A stretch of DNA of 25,357 nt from Promethearchaeota archaeon (GTDB lineage: Archaea; Asgardarchaeota; Lokiarchaeia; Sigyniarchaeales; SOKP01). The stretch covers positions 1-25,357 of the forward strand of contig JAHLWH010000173.1 in assembly GCA_019058015.1 (NCBI GenBank), written 5' to 3'. The notes below the pieces were generated by a model. That model worked only from the letters and a program-made list of their open reading frames with translations. It was not told the origin of the DNA and ran no database searches. Shown in pieces: positions 17,809 through 25,357 of this stretch. The position numbers and the translations under genes were made by a program. Within the stretch, counting starts at the first letter, position 1; every line of letters begins with the position of its first letter.

Positions 17809-18348
17809 TTATTTTTTAATTTTCCAATCTTTTACTTTAAGAACGATTTTACAGATATCATCTCCATCTTTAAGACATTTCAAGAGTTTTTCTTCAACTT
17901 TAACACCTAATGCTTTATACCAACCAGAACGCATAGCAAAACAGCCACATTCGTACTGATCTGAAACCCCAATCTTTTTAATATTTTCATAGACTCCACA
18001 TTTTTCGATGACTCCAATAAGAGATGTCTCAGACTCGCGTTCAAATTGGTAAATCATATTTGGTGGAGGATAGTAAAACAACACAGTAGCTAGGCATATT
18101 GCCTGAAGATCTTCTATATTTTTTACCTTTGGTATCCCAAGAGCATTCATTATTCTGTACATCATAACTTTCCCCATATCACTAATGATCGTTTTATTAA
18201 GTTTATTACCCATTTCCCACCCCAATTCTCGAACTATCGCCATTTGACACCTTGCGTCGTGAGACATCCAGTTTTTTCTTAGTATTTCAATTTTCTGCTC
18301 CTCTGAAATATAAGATAGAAGTCTTTTCCCTTGTTCCATAAAACTCAC
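17809..18348 (-). CDS. DUF6125 / V4R-like protein (paralogue 1)
   Basis: NWMSHDARC, KCGVY, CGCFAMRSGW and CLKDGDDIC motifs. Start at GTG 18348 or ATG 18339. Confidence 0.75.
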   Translation of the reverse strand: MSFMEQGKRLLSYISEEQKIEILRKNWMSHDARCQMAIVRELGWEMGNKLNKTIISDMGKVMMYRIMNALGIPKVKNIEDLQAICLATVLFYYPPPNMIYQFERESETSLIGVIEKCGVYENIKKIGVSDQYECGCFAMRSGWYKALGVKVEEKLLKCLKDGDDICKIVLKVKDWKIKK

Positions 18349-18424
18349 TTTTATTATAATAATTTTAATTGTATATTTTTCGAATATGATAGAGTTTTAG
18401 ATTTTTAAAATATTTCCGATAAAT

Positions 18425-18446
18425 AACAACTTTATTTAGGTTGAAA
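18425..18446. promoter_or_regulatory. Candidate TrmB-family operator, copy 1 (AACAAC-N9-GTTGAAA)
   Basis: AACAACtttatttagGTTGAAA, in the divergent intergenic region and repeated at 18509. Confidence 0.55.
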
Positions 18447-18508
18447 CTGAAAAAAAATAAATAAAAATTCATCTTTTATCTAATATAGTTTATTATTCTT
18501 CGACTGAA

Positions 18509-18530
18509 AACAACCTTTCTTTAGTTGAAA
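18509..18530. promoter_or_regulatory. Candidate TrmB-family operator, copy 2 (AACAAC-N9-GTTGAAA)
   Basis: AACAACctttctttaGTTGAAA, with the same arms and spacing as copy 1, ending 15 bp before the TrmB start. Confidence 0.55.
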
Positions 18531-18545
18531 AAAAAGTGAATATAA

Positions 18546-19448
18546 TTGTCAAAAAAAATAATAGTAGAATTGAAGGAATTTCTAAAAAATTCCAAACTTT
18601 CGAATTATGAAATTAATTCTTATATTACATTATTACATTCAGATATTTTAACAGCCCGAGAAATATGTGGAAAATCAGGAGTTCCTAGTGGAAGAATTTA
18701 TGAAATATTAGAAAAGTTAAAGGAGTATGGAATGATTGAAATTCAAGAATCTCGCCCTAAAATGTATAGATCAAAATCTCTTAATTTAGCATTACATAAC
18801 ATAATTTCATATCAAAACAATGAGAACCAAAGAAAAGTTTCATTTTTGTATGATCAAGCGAAAATTTTAGAATCTAAGTTATATGATTCAGATTTTTTGA
18901 TCAAACAAGATTCTTCGAAAATTTTTTGGTCAACCGCTTTCGGAGTTCCAGAAATATTTTCATTATATATAAACAATTTTAATGATTTAAAGGAAGAATT
19001 ATTAATGACTGGATTTTTAAACGAAAATACAATAAAGGTTCTTCCATATGCTAAAAATTTTTATGAAGGAATCATCAATGCTTTAAATCGTGATGTTCAA
19101 GTAAAATATTTATGGAGTTTAGAGCATGATGATAGACCACTCTCAAATGAACAAAAAAATAGAAACAAAACACTCTATGGAAATTTGATTAAAAAATTTA
19201 AGGAATTATATAATATATCCTCCGAAATGGATGGATTGGAAATGAAATTAATTCATAAAAAAATTCCAACGTATTATGATATTTTTGATAAGAAGAGAAT
19301 AATGATCAAGCTACAAAATCCATTAAATCCATCCCGAATTTTTGCCAGCTTGAACATTTTAGATCCAAATTTAGCAAAAGAATTGAAAAAAAAGTTTCTC
19401 TCCATTTGGTTATTTGAGTCTATTAAAGGATTTCCAGAAAATGAATAA
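18546..19448 (+). CDS. TrmB family transcriptional regulator
   Basis: LSNYEINSYITLL..LTAREICGKSGVPSGRIYEILEKLKEYGMIE..SRPKMY HTH, plus a C-terminal effector domain (YDIFDKK). TTG start. Confidence 0.9.
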   Translation: MSKKIIVELKEFLKNSKLSNYEINSYITLLHSDILTAREICGKSGVPSGRIYEILEKLKEYGMIEIQESRPKMYRSKSLNLALHNIISYQNNENQRKVSFLYDQAKILESKLYDSDFLIKQDSSKIFWSTAFGVPEIFSLYINNFNDLKEELLMTGFLNENTIKVLPYAKNFYEGIINALNRDVQVKYLWSLEHDDRPLSNEQKNRNKTLYGNLIKKFKELYNISSEMDGLEMKLIHKKIPTYYDIFDKKRIMIKLQNPLNPSRIFASLNILDPNLAKELKKKFLSIWLFESIKGFPENE

Positions 19449-19513
19449 CCAAATTGAAAAATAAAGAAAAAAAAAAGGAATTTTTAAAAAATTTAAATTT
19501 TTTTAAATTAAAT

Positions 19514-19726
19514 TTATAATGTACTAATTGATAGTTCCATATCCGATAAGGTTAATTTCTTTCTACCGGCGTGTCGGCAAAATTCTAGAGCTTTACAAGT
19601 GACTGTTTTTGCTAATTTTTCAAGATATCCAATTAATGCGTCTACTGCATCTTTTGCAACCATTTCAGCGCCATTATTCTTCATAAGTGAGCGGATTGGG
19701 CTCCATGCAAATACTTTTTTGGCCAT
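19514..19726 (-). CDS. Archaeal histone (HMf-type histone fold)
   Basis: 70 aa, SPIRSLMKNNGAEMVAKDA...ALEFCRHAGRKKLTLSDMELS (compare HMf APIGRII..GAERVS.DA..HAGRKTIKAEDI). GGAGG SD at 19736-19740. Confidence 0.92.
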   Translation of the reverse strand: MAKKVFAWSPIRSLMKNNGAEMVAKDAVDALIGYLEKLAKTVTCKALEFCRHAGRKKLTLSDMELSISTL

Positions 19727-20287
19727 AATTTATTTCCTCCAATTTTTTAATTTTAAAATTTTTTAATATTAAATTTTAAGGTGTTCTATTTATCATTTCT
19801 TCTTTCTCATTAATAAATGTTGCGATAAATAGTAGTTTGGTTAAAATTTTTGATGCCTCGACAAAAATATTGATTTTCTATAAGTATGATGCTGGAAACA
19901 TCTCTGAGCCATTAAATCAGAGATCTCAAACTAAAATTAGAAAATTGAGAATATGAAAGTCGACTAAAAAAAATGATGCCATAAACTCCTACTAATCGTT
20001 AAAGAAATTTAAAAATTCACAAATAATTATTACAAATCTTCACGAAAATAGCCTAAGAAAAAAGATTTTAAATCTCTAAAATTATTAATGTTCTGATAAT
20101 CCTTGTTTAAAATTATTTGCGAATATTCTAATTAAAATTAGGTTTTAGATTATTTATTGTAGAAAAATTATTCTTAAATCTTGAGATTTAGTAGTTAATT
20201 AATTCAAGCAAGTCAGTAGTCATATGCTTCTTTTTTTAAGGTTTAATTTTCCTTAAAATTTGAAAAAAAAAAGAGATATAAAAAAAA

Positions 20288-20755
20288 TTACAATTGAGTG
20301 CCGCAATGGAGACAGAATTTTGCGCCGGGATTAACTTCATTGCCACATTCAGGACAGAATATGCCTTTTTCTATTTTTGTGGGGGCTTTTGGTGTAATTA
20401 CATCTCCTAAATTTTGCCCACAATTTTCGCAAAATTTGGCTTCTCCACTAACCTTTGCACCACAGGATGGACATTTAGATATAATTTTCATTCCGCAATT
20501 ATTGCAAAATTGAGATGTGCCTTCAAGCCTTTTCCCGCACTTTGGGCAAATTTTTATACTCTGCTTAGTAAAATATTCAATCGTTGTAGCAACAACGGCA
20601 ATTGATACTCCAAAAACGGGAAACCACATCCAAAACTGCCACACTCCGAAAATAGTCACTGTAAGCATGATCATAACAATTATAACAATAATTAATGCTG
20701 TACATGAACCAATAACTGCTTCTCTTAATTCAAATTTAGATTTAATTTTACTCAT
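20288..20755 (-). CDS. Membrane protein with double-zinc-ribbon (DZR) repeats
   Basis: Two N-terminal TM helices, then six CxxCG knuckles (CPKCG, CNNCG, CPSCG, CENCG, CPECG, CLHCG). Confidence 0.88.
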   Translation of the reverse strand: MSKIKSKFELREAVIGSCTALIIVIIVMIMLTVTIFGVWQFWMWFPVFGVSIAVVATTIEYFTKQSIKICPKCGKRLEGTSQFCNNCGMKIISKCPSCGAKVSGEAKFCENCGQNLGDVITPKAPTKIEKGIFCPECGNEVNPGAKFCLHCGTQL

Positions 20756-20923
20756 AAAATTTTCTCCTTTAATTTTAGATAATAATTTATTTAATTATTT
20801 TTAAATCTTCTATGAACCGATTTTTATCAATAAATAATTGAGTTATTTGCATTTTTAATTGTTCTAATATACTTATTTTTTAAATAATGTTCTAAAATAT
20901 TATTATTAGGTGTGTGAATTAAT

Positions 20924-21994
20924 ATGGAAAAAAAAAAGATTGCTATTATTAAGGGGGATGGTGTTGGTCCTGAAGTTGTGAATGAAGGATTAAAAATTCT
21001 CAAGATTATTAATGAATATTCGGATTTAAATATGGAATTTAATGAGGCTCCTGCAGGTGGGTTCGTCTATAAAACCTACGGGGAAAGTCTCCCTGAAAAA
21101 TCGTTAAACATTTTAAAAAAGTCGGATGCAATTCTTTTTGGTGCGATAGGATTACCTGATTTACCAGCAGGTGTTGCTGAGCTTGCAATCTTAAAAATAA
21201 GGCAAGAATTTGATTTATACGTGAATCTCCGACCCATTAAATTATATGAAACTGCAATTGATTGCTGTCCGTTGAAAAATGAATATATAGGAGATGGAAT
21301 TGATATGACTATCGTTCGAGAGAATACTGAGGGCTTATATGCAAAAATTGGGGGAATCTTAAGGGATGAAATTGCTTCAAATATTATGCTTTATACCCGT
21401 AAAGGATGCGAGAGAGTTATCAAATATGCTTTTGAATATGCAAAAAAAAGAAATCATAAAAAAATCACTTCAGTTGATAAAGCTAATGTCTTGGCATGCA
21501 GTCAGTTGTGGAGAAAGATATTTGAAGAAATTGGTATGAAATATTCTAATATTGATAAAGAGAACTTCTTAATTGATGCATTTTGTCAATGGATAATTCG
21601 CAAACCATATACATGTCAAACTGTAGTTACTGGTAATTTATTTGGAGATATTATTAGTGACGAGGCTGCTTATCTTTTAGGAAGTCTGGGTATGGCATCA
21701 AGCGGTAATATTAATCCTGGGCAATTATCAATGTATGAACCAATTCATGGTGCTGCTCCTGATATTGCGGGTCAAGGAATTGCAAACCCTGTGGGAACAA
21801 TATTAAGTGTAAAATTAATGGTTGAAGAATCTTTTCAGCGGAAAGATTTAGGTAAGGATATTGAGGATTGTGTAGAACAAGCCTTAGGTGAAAGTAGAAC
21901 CATAGATATTAAATCAGATAAATTAAAAACTCTGTCTACAGTTGATATGGGCAATTTAATTACTAGAAAATTAAAAGAAAGGTTGAAAAAGTAA
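20924..21994 (+). CDS. leuB: 3-isopropylmalate dehydrogenase (isocitrate/isopropylmalate dehydrogenase family)
   Basis: GDGVGPEV, LFGAIG, LYVNLRP, VRENTEGLY, VDKANV, NLFGDIISD and EPIHGAAPDIAGQGIANP motifs. The exact substrate is inferred. Confidence 0.8.
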   Translation: MEKKKIAIIKGDGVGPEVVNEGLKILKIINEYSDLNMEFNEAPAGGFVYKTYGESLPEKSLNILKKSDAILFGAIGLPDLPAGVAELAILKIRQEFDLYVNLRPIKLYETAIDCCPLKNEYIGDGIDMTIVRENTEGLYAKIGGILRDEIASNIMLYTRKGCERVIKYAFEYAKKRNHKKITSVDKANVLACSQLWRKIFEEIGMKYSNIDKENFLIDAFCQWIIRKPYTCQTVVTGNLFGDIISDEAAYLLGSLGMASSGNINPGQLSMYEPIHGAAPDIAGQGIANPVGTILSVKLMVEESFQRKDLGKDIEDCVEQALGESRTIDIKSDKLKTLSTVDMGNLITRKLKERLKK

Positions 21995-22058
21995 ATAATT
22001 TAGTTATGATAGTGTTTGAAAAAAAATTTAAAGAACTATTTCAAAAAATTACTCATTT

Positions 22059-23633
22059 TTATAAAAAAGAGCTTATTGTACTAATCCAAGTATTGAATTG
22101 ATCCAAAAGTTCCAATCGGTATTCAGTAGTTATTTTAAAGAACAACAAAGAAATCATCTTTTTCTCAAGATATTCATTCAAGTTAAATTCTTCGATGAGT
22201 CGAGACCAAACTCCCGTTTGAGTATGGTCTTCGGAAGTTCTTAAGCCTATTAATACACTCGTATTTTCATTTATCTTATCTAAACCGTTAATTACTAAAT
22301 TTCTCCATTCCAAATCAATGGATTTCTTATTTCTTGCATCAAATATAAATAAAACTCCATCAGAGTCTTCAATTTCTCCAATATGATTGATATAATTTTT
22401 AATAATAACTTTATCATTAAATGAATAAATTTTTTCTAATTCTTCATTTTTAACTATACTCATTTCGCCCAAATCTCGAAATTCAGTAAACAATTGTAAA
22501 GCAGGATTCCAATATTTATTTAAACCAATAAATGTTAAAGTTAATTTACCTTTTACATCAATTATATTATTAATTTCTGAAATTAGATTTTCTTTTACGA
22601 TTCTCTCCTCTTCCAGTTGTGATTTTACTATATAGTGATAGGAGATTAAAGAGAACGCATCCTCGACATTTTCCCCTGTTTTTGCACTAGTCTCAATATA
22701 AGAAGCTTTTAGCTTATTTGCTAATGAAACACCTTCTTGATAAGATATTTTTCTTTCCTTACTTAAATCTGTTTTATTCCCCACAATAACAACCGGAATA
22801 TCTTTACTAATAAAACCTTTCAATTCATCGTACCAATTTTCAAGATTCTCAAAAGAAGATTCATTTGTTAAATCGAATACTAAAAATGCTGAATGAGCTC
22901 CTTGATAATAAGTCTTTCGAACTCTTCGGAAGAATTTTTGAGCTCCAATATCCCAGATCATTAAATTTATTGCTGTATTCAGAAATTTATAGTTATGTGT
23001 CAAAATATTTAAACCAATTGTGGCACGATAATCGGTCGAAAATCTATTTTCAACAAATCTCATTACAATTGATGTCTTACCAACCGCGTGGTCACCAACA
23101 ATAATAAATTTAAATTTATATTCTCCCCTGGCGAGTCTCATTTGATAAATTTGATTTTTCAACCTATCAAACTCTTGTCTTTCATCATATTCAAAATTAG
23201 GAATATATATTTGAATTCGATTAATATTTTCCTCTGTTAATATTTGGGCACATTTTTCAGCTAAGAAATAGGCATATGGAGCAGTTTTATCAATGGAAGC
23301 GAGTGTATTTAATATAATGCTTACAGTAGCATTATCTTTTATAGATACAAACAAAATTCTGGAATCTTCCGTTTCAAAGCTTGCAGTTCCCCATTTTTTA
23401 AAGGAAAATTCATATCTAATTCTTTCTAAAATTGGGTTTACAAGAGAAGAAAGTACCGATATTGAATCTGTTTTTTCTTCAAGAGAATTATCTAATGTTT
23501 TCTCTTTAAGAGAGTCATCTAATTTCGCAGCAATTATCAACCCTTCATCATCAGAAACAATTACCGCTTCAACATCAGGGACAACATCCATAAAATTTTT
23601 TAGCAAACTATTAAATAATTCTAATTTTGACAT
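22059..23633 (-). CDS. Roadblock/LC7 domain fused to a Rab-like small GTPase with an additional C-terminal domain
   Basis: N-terminal VPDVEAVIVSDDEGLIIA (Roadblock). G1 GDHAVGKTS, G2 YRATIG, G3 WDIGAQ, G4 GNKTD, G5 ETSAK. Likely start at ATG 23633. Confidence 0.88.
   Translation of the reverse strand: MSKLELFNSLLKNFMDVVPDVEAVIVSDDEGLIIAAKLDDSLKEKTLDNSLEEKTDSISVLSSLVNPILERIRYEFSFKKWGTASFETEDSRILFVSIKDNATVSIILNTLASIDKTAPYAYFLAEKCAQILTEENINRIQIYIPNFEYDERQEFDRLKNQIYQMRLARGEYKFKFIIVGDHAVGKTSIVMRFVENRFSTDYRATIGLNILTHNYKFLNTAINLMIWDIGAQKFFRRVRKTYYQGAHSAFLVFDLTNESSFENLENWYDELKGFISKDIPVVIVGNKTDLSKERKISYQEGVSLANKLKASYIETSAKTGENVEDAFSLISYHYIVKSQLEEERIVKENLISEINNIIDVKGKLTLTFIGLNKYWNPALQLFTEFRDLGEMSIVKNEELEKIYSFNDKVIIKNYINHIGEIEDSDGVLFIFDARNKKSIDLEWRNLVINGLDKINENTSVLIGLRTSEDHTQTGVWSRLIEEFNLNEYLEKKMISLLFFKITTEYRLELLDQFNTWISTISSFL
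23469..23522 (-). repeat. 27-bp imperfect tandem duplication inside the Roadblock domain
   Basis: tgttttttcttcaagagaattatctaa and tgttttctctttaagagagtcatctaa are 23/27 identical and encode LDNSLEEKT and LDDSLKEKT. Confidence 0.8.
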
Positions 23634-23770
23634 AAGATACTCAAAATGAAAATACAAAAAAATATTAATATATCTTTTGTATATTTTAGTGAAAATAATT
23701 AAGAAAAAAATAAATTTTTTAATCTCTAATCACTCTTATAGTGTAGAAACTTCATTTAATTTGATACAAA

Positions 23771-24364
23771 ATGCCTACTTGTATAATTTGCCATGAAAAA
23801 ATTGAAATAAAAGAGAGTTCTAGCATTAAAAGCTATACTTGTCCAAACGGACATCAAATTCATAGAAAATGTTTAGAAGATTGGTTAGTTCATTCCCAAG
23901 TTTGTCCATTATGTGCTGAAAAATATGACTCAAATACAATTTCAGAATTTATAGAATATTTTGATAAAATAAAGGACCAAAAAGAGCAAGAAAAACAGAT
24001 AAAAGTTGATATGGAACTTGAAAAAGTTATTAGTAGTATTGCGGATGATATTATTATTTTAGAAAAACTGGAACTTCCACGGAAATTAATCGAACAAAAG
24101 CAGTTTGAAAAGGCATTAGAAAAGTTATTTGATTTGATAGATGATGACGGTCAAAATGTGGATATTTTATTTCTAATAGGAAAAACGTTTTATTTAGATA
24201 AACAATATGCATTAGCCGTTAATCATTTAATAAAACTGATAAAAAAAGATTTTAAATATCCTCAAGGATTTTATTATTTAGGAAAAACTTATCAAGCATT
24301 GGGTCTGGATGACAAAGCAAAATGGGCATTTGATCGAGTTCCATCTGAAGATTCAAAGTCCTAA
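23771..24364 (+). CDS. RING-H2 finger plus TPR protein (putative E3 ubiquitin ligase)
   Basis: CIIC-x16-CPNGHQIHRKC-x10-CPLC gives a C3H2C3 pattern with the conserved Trp (CLEDWL). A coiled segment follows, then TPR-like helices (LFLIGKTFY...A; FYYLGKTYQALG..DKA). Confidence 0.82.
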   Translation: MPTCIICHEKIEIKESSSIKSYTCPNGHQIHRKCLEDWLVHSQVCPLCAEKYDSNTISEFIEYFDKIKDQKEQEKQIKVDMELEKVISSIADDIIILEKLELPRKLIEQKQFEKALEKLFDLIDDDGQNVDILFLIGKTFYLDKQYALAVNHLIKLIKKDFKYPQGFYYLGKTYQALGLDDKAKWAFDRVPSEDSKS

Positions 24365-24388
24365 TTTTAAAGCAAAAGTAGTATTTTC

Positions 24389-25357
24389 ATGGAAAAAATA
24401 ATTTGTTTAACAATTGCAGGAACCGACCCAAGCTGTGGTGCTGGAATTCAGGCTGATATTAGAACTTTTGAAAAATTTGAAGTCTATCCTTTTTCCGTTA
24501 TTACTGCTGTTACATATCAAACAACAGATTCATTTTCGGGGTATTTTCCGATTCCAATTGACTCTTTAGAGGAACAATTAAAAATATTATTTGAAAAATA
24601 TCCTATAAAATATGCAAAAACTGGTATGATTCCAACAAAAGAATCTGTAAAAATTATCGCAGAATATTTAGATAAATATCAAGTACATTACGTTGTTGAT
24701 CCAGTAACTGTTTCTAGCGTTGGAGTGAGACTAGCAGAAGAAGGTACTGAATCAGAGCTTAAAAAAACTCTCTTCCCAAGTGCACAAATTATTACTCCTA
24801 ATCTTAAAGAAGCAGAGTATTTCTCTGGAATTAAAATTAAAACGCAAGAATTTGATGATATTGAATCAATGAGAAAAGCAGCCTTAGAAATTTTATCTAT
24901 GATGACTAATGAAAAAATTAAGCATAAATCAAAGGCAGTTGTTATTAAAGGAGGTAATCCTGAAAAAAACAAAATAGTTGACATAGCATTAATCTCTGAT
25001 TTTGAAAACAAGAAAAAAAAGCAATATTTCTTAAAATTTTTAAAAGATCAGAAACCAATTGAACAAAATGTTCATGGCACTGGATGTGTTTTTTCAGCTG
25101 CTTTAACAGCTGCATTAGCCATTAAAAAGGATTTAAAATCTGCAATCCAAAATGCAGAAGAATTTTTTGATGAGAATTTTGAAAATATCACGAAAATTAG
25201 CGATAGAGCATATATCCTTACATTGGATTATTCACCAGAAAAAAAAGCAGTTTTAAATCAAGTAAAAGAAATTTATAATTTTATTTCAAGTTCAAAAAAA
25301 TTCTCAAGATTAATTCCAGAAGTTAGAACAAATATCTCTGTATCTTTACCTAATGCA
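24389..25357 (+). CDS. thiD: Bifunctional HMP/HMP-P kinase with C-terminal ThiN domain (ThiDN), partial at window edge
   Basis: Not in the track because it has no stop in the window. MEKIICLTIAGTDPSCGAGIQAD, KTGM, VVDPV, ITPNLKEA, VIKGG and HGTGC motifs, then IPEVRTNIS marking the start of ThiN. Confidence 0.9.
   Translation, partial: MEKIICLTIAGTDPSCGAGIQADIRTFEKFEVYPFSVITAVTYQTTDSFSGYFPIPIDSLEEQLKILFEKYPIKYAKTGMIPTKESVKIIAEYLDKYQVHYVVDPVTVSSVGVRLAEEGTESELKKTLFPSAQIITPNLKEAEYFSGIKIKTQEFDDIESMRKAALEILSMMTNEKIKHKSKAVVIKGGNPEKNKIVDIALISDFENKKKKQYFLKFLKDQKPIEQNVHGTGCVFSAALTAALAIKKDLKSAIQNAEEFFDENFENITKISDRAYILTLDYSPEKKAVLNQVKEIYNFISSSKKFSRLIPEVRTNISVSLPNA

Noticed and set aside
19837-19956. Possible ~39-aa TTG-start ORF on the plus strand upstream of the histone
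   Set aside because: It is short, with no motif or clear ribosome-binding site, and cannot be supported without homology or expression data.
16661-23748. 13-bp match TTCTACACTATAA (16661-16673) and its reverse complement (23736-23748) as possible element ends
   Set aside because: Matches of this length are expected by chance in AT-rich DNA. No transposase is present, and the enclosed genes include housekeeping genes (histone, leuB).
1416-25011. Short track ORFs at 1416, 2899, 5032, 5665, 5882, 7340, 7709, 8093, 8520, 9859, 11922, 12143, 12240, 13577, 15149, 15957, 16733, 20298, 20414, 20517, 22865, 23293 and 24688
   Set aside because: All overlap longer motif-bearing genes, antisense or out of frame, and have no recognisable motifs. 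The ORF at 24688 is the shadow of thiDN.
1-25357. tRNA, rRNA, CRISPR array, IS element or integrase
   Set aside because: I saw no GC-rich structured RNA segment, regularly spaced repeats or recombinase motifs on reading. A covariance-model search would be needed to exclude small RNAs.

Overview
AT-rich (roughly 30% GC by eye) archaeal DNA, most likely from an Asgard archaeon of the Lokiarchaeia/Promethearchaeota type. The evidence is an HMf-type histone beginning MAKKVFAWSPIR, a Roadblock-Rab-like GTPase fusion, a RING-H2/TPR protein, a TrmB regulator, a ThiDN fusion and oligo-T terminators. The most striking element is a co-oriented minus-strand cluster at 12051-16327: a Cys-rich MarR, arsM, DUF166, a single protein fusing a class I SAM methyltransferase to an HgcA-like corrinoid/membrane protein (variant motif NVWCAARGG), and an HgcB-like ferredoxin. 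A GC-rich triple half-site palindrome sits upstream of arsM. This looks like a candidate combined As/Hg metal(loid)-methylation system. The window also has three tandem DUF6125/V4R-like paralogues divergent from TrmB with two matching operator-like sites, several Fe-S proteins, a GPH-type MFS transporter, a membrane-anchored M1 peptidase, a PAS-only protein and leuB. Several ORFs were missed or truncated by the supplied track: a partial ferredoxin at the left edge, a gene with an in-frame TGA (446-766), a frameshifted ORF (6353-6645) and thiDN at the right edge. I found no rRNA, tRNA, CRISPR array or transposase. All family assignments come from motif recognition, not database searches.
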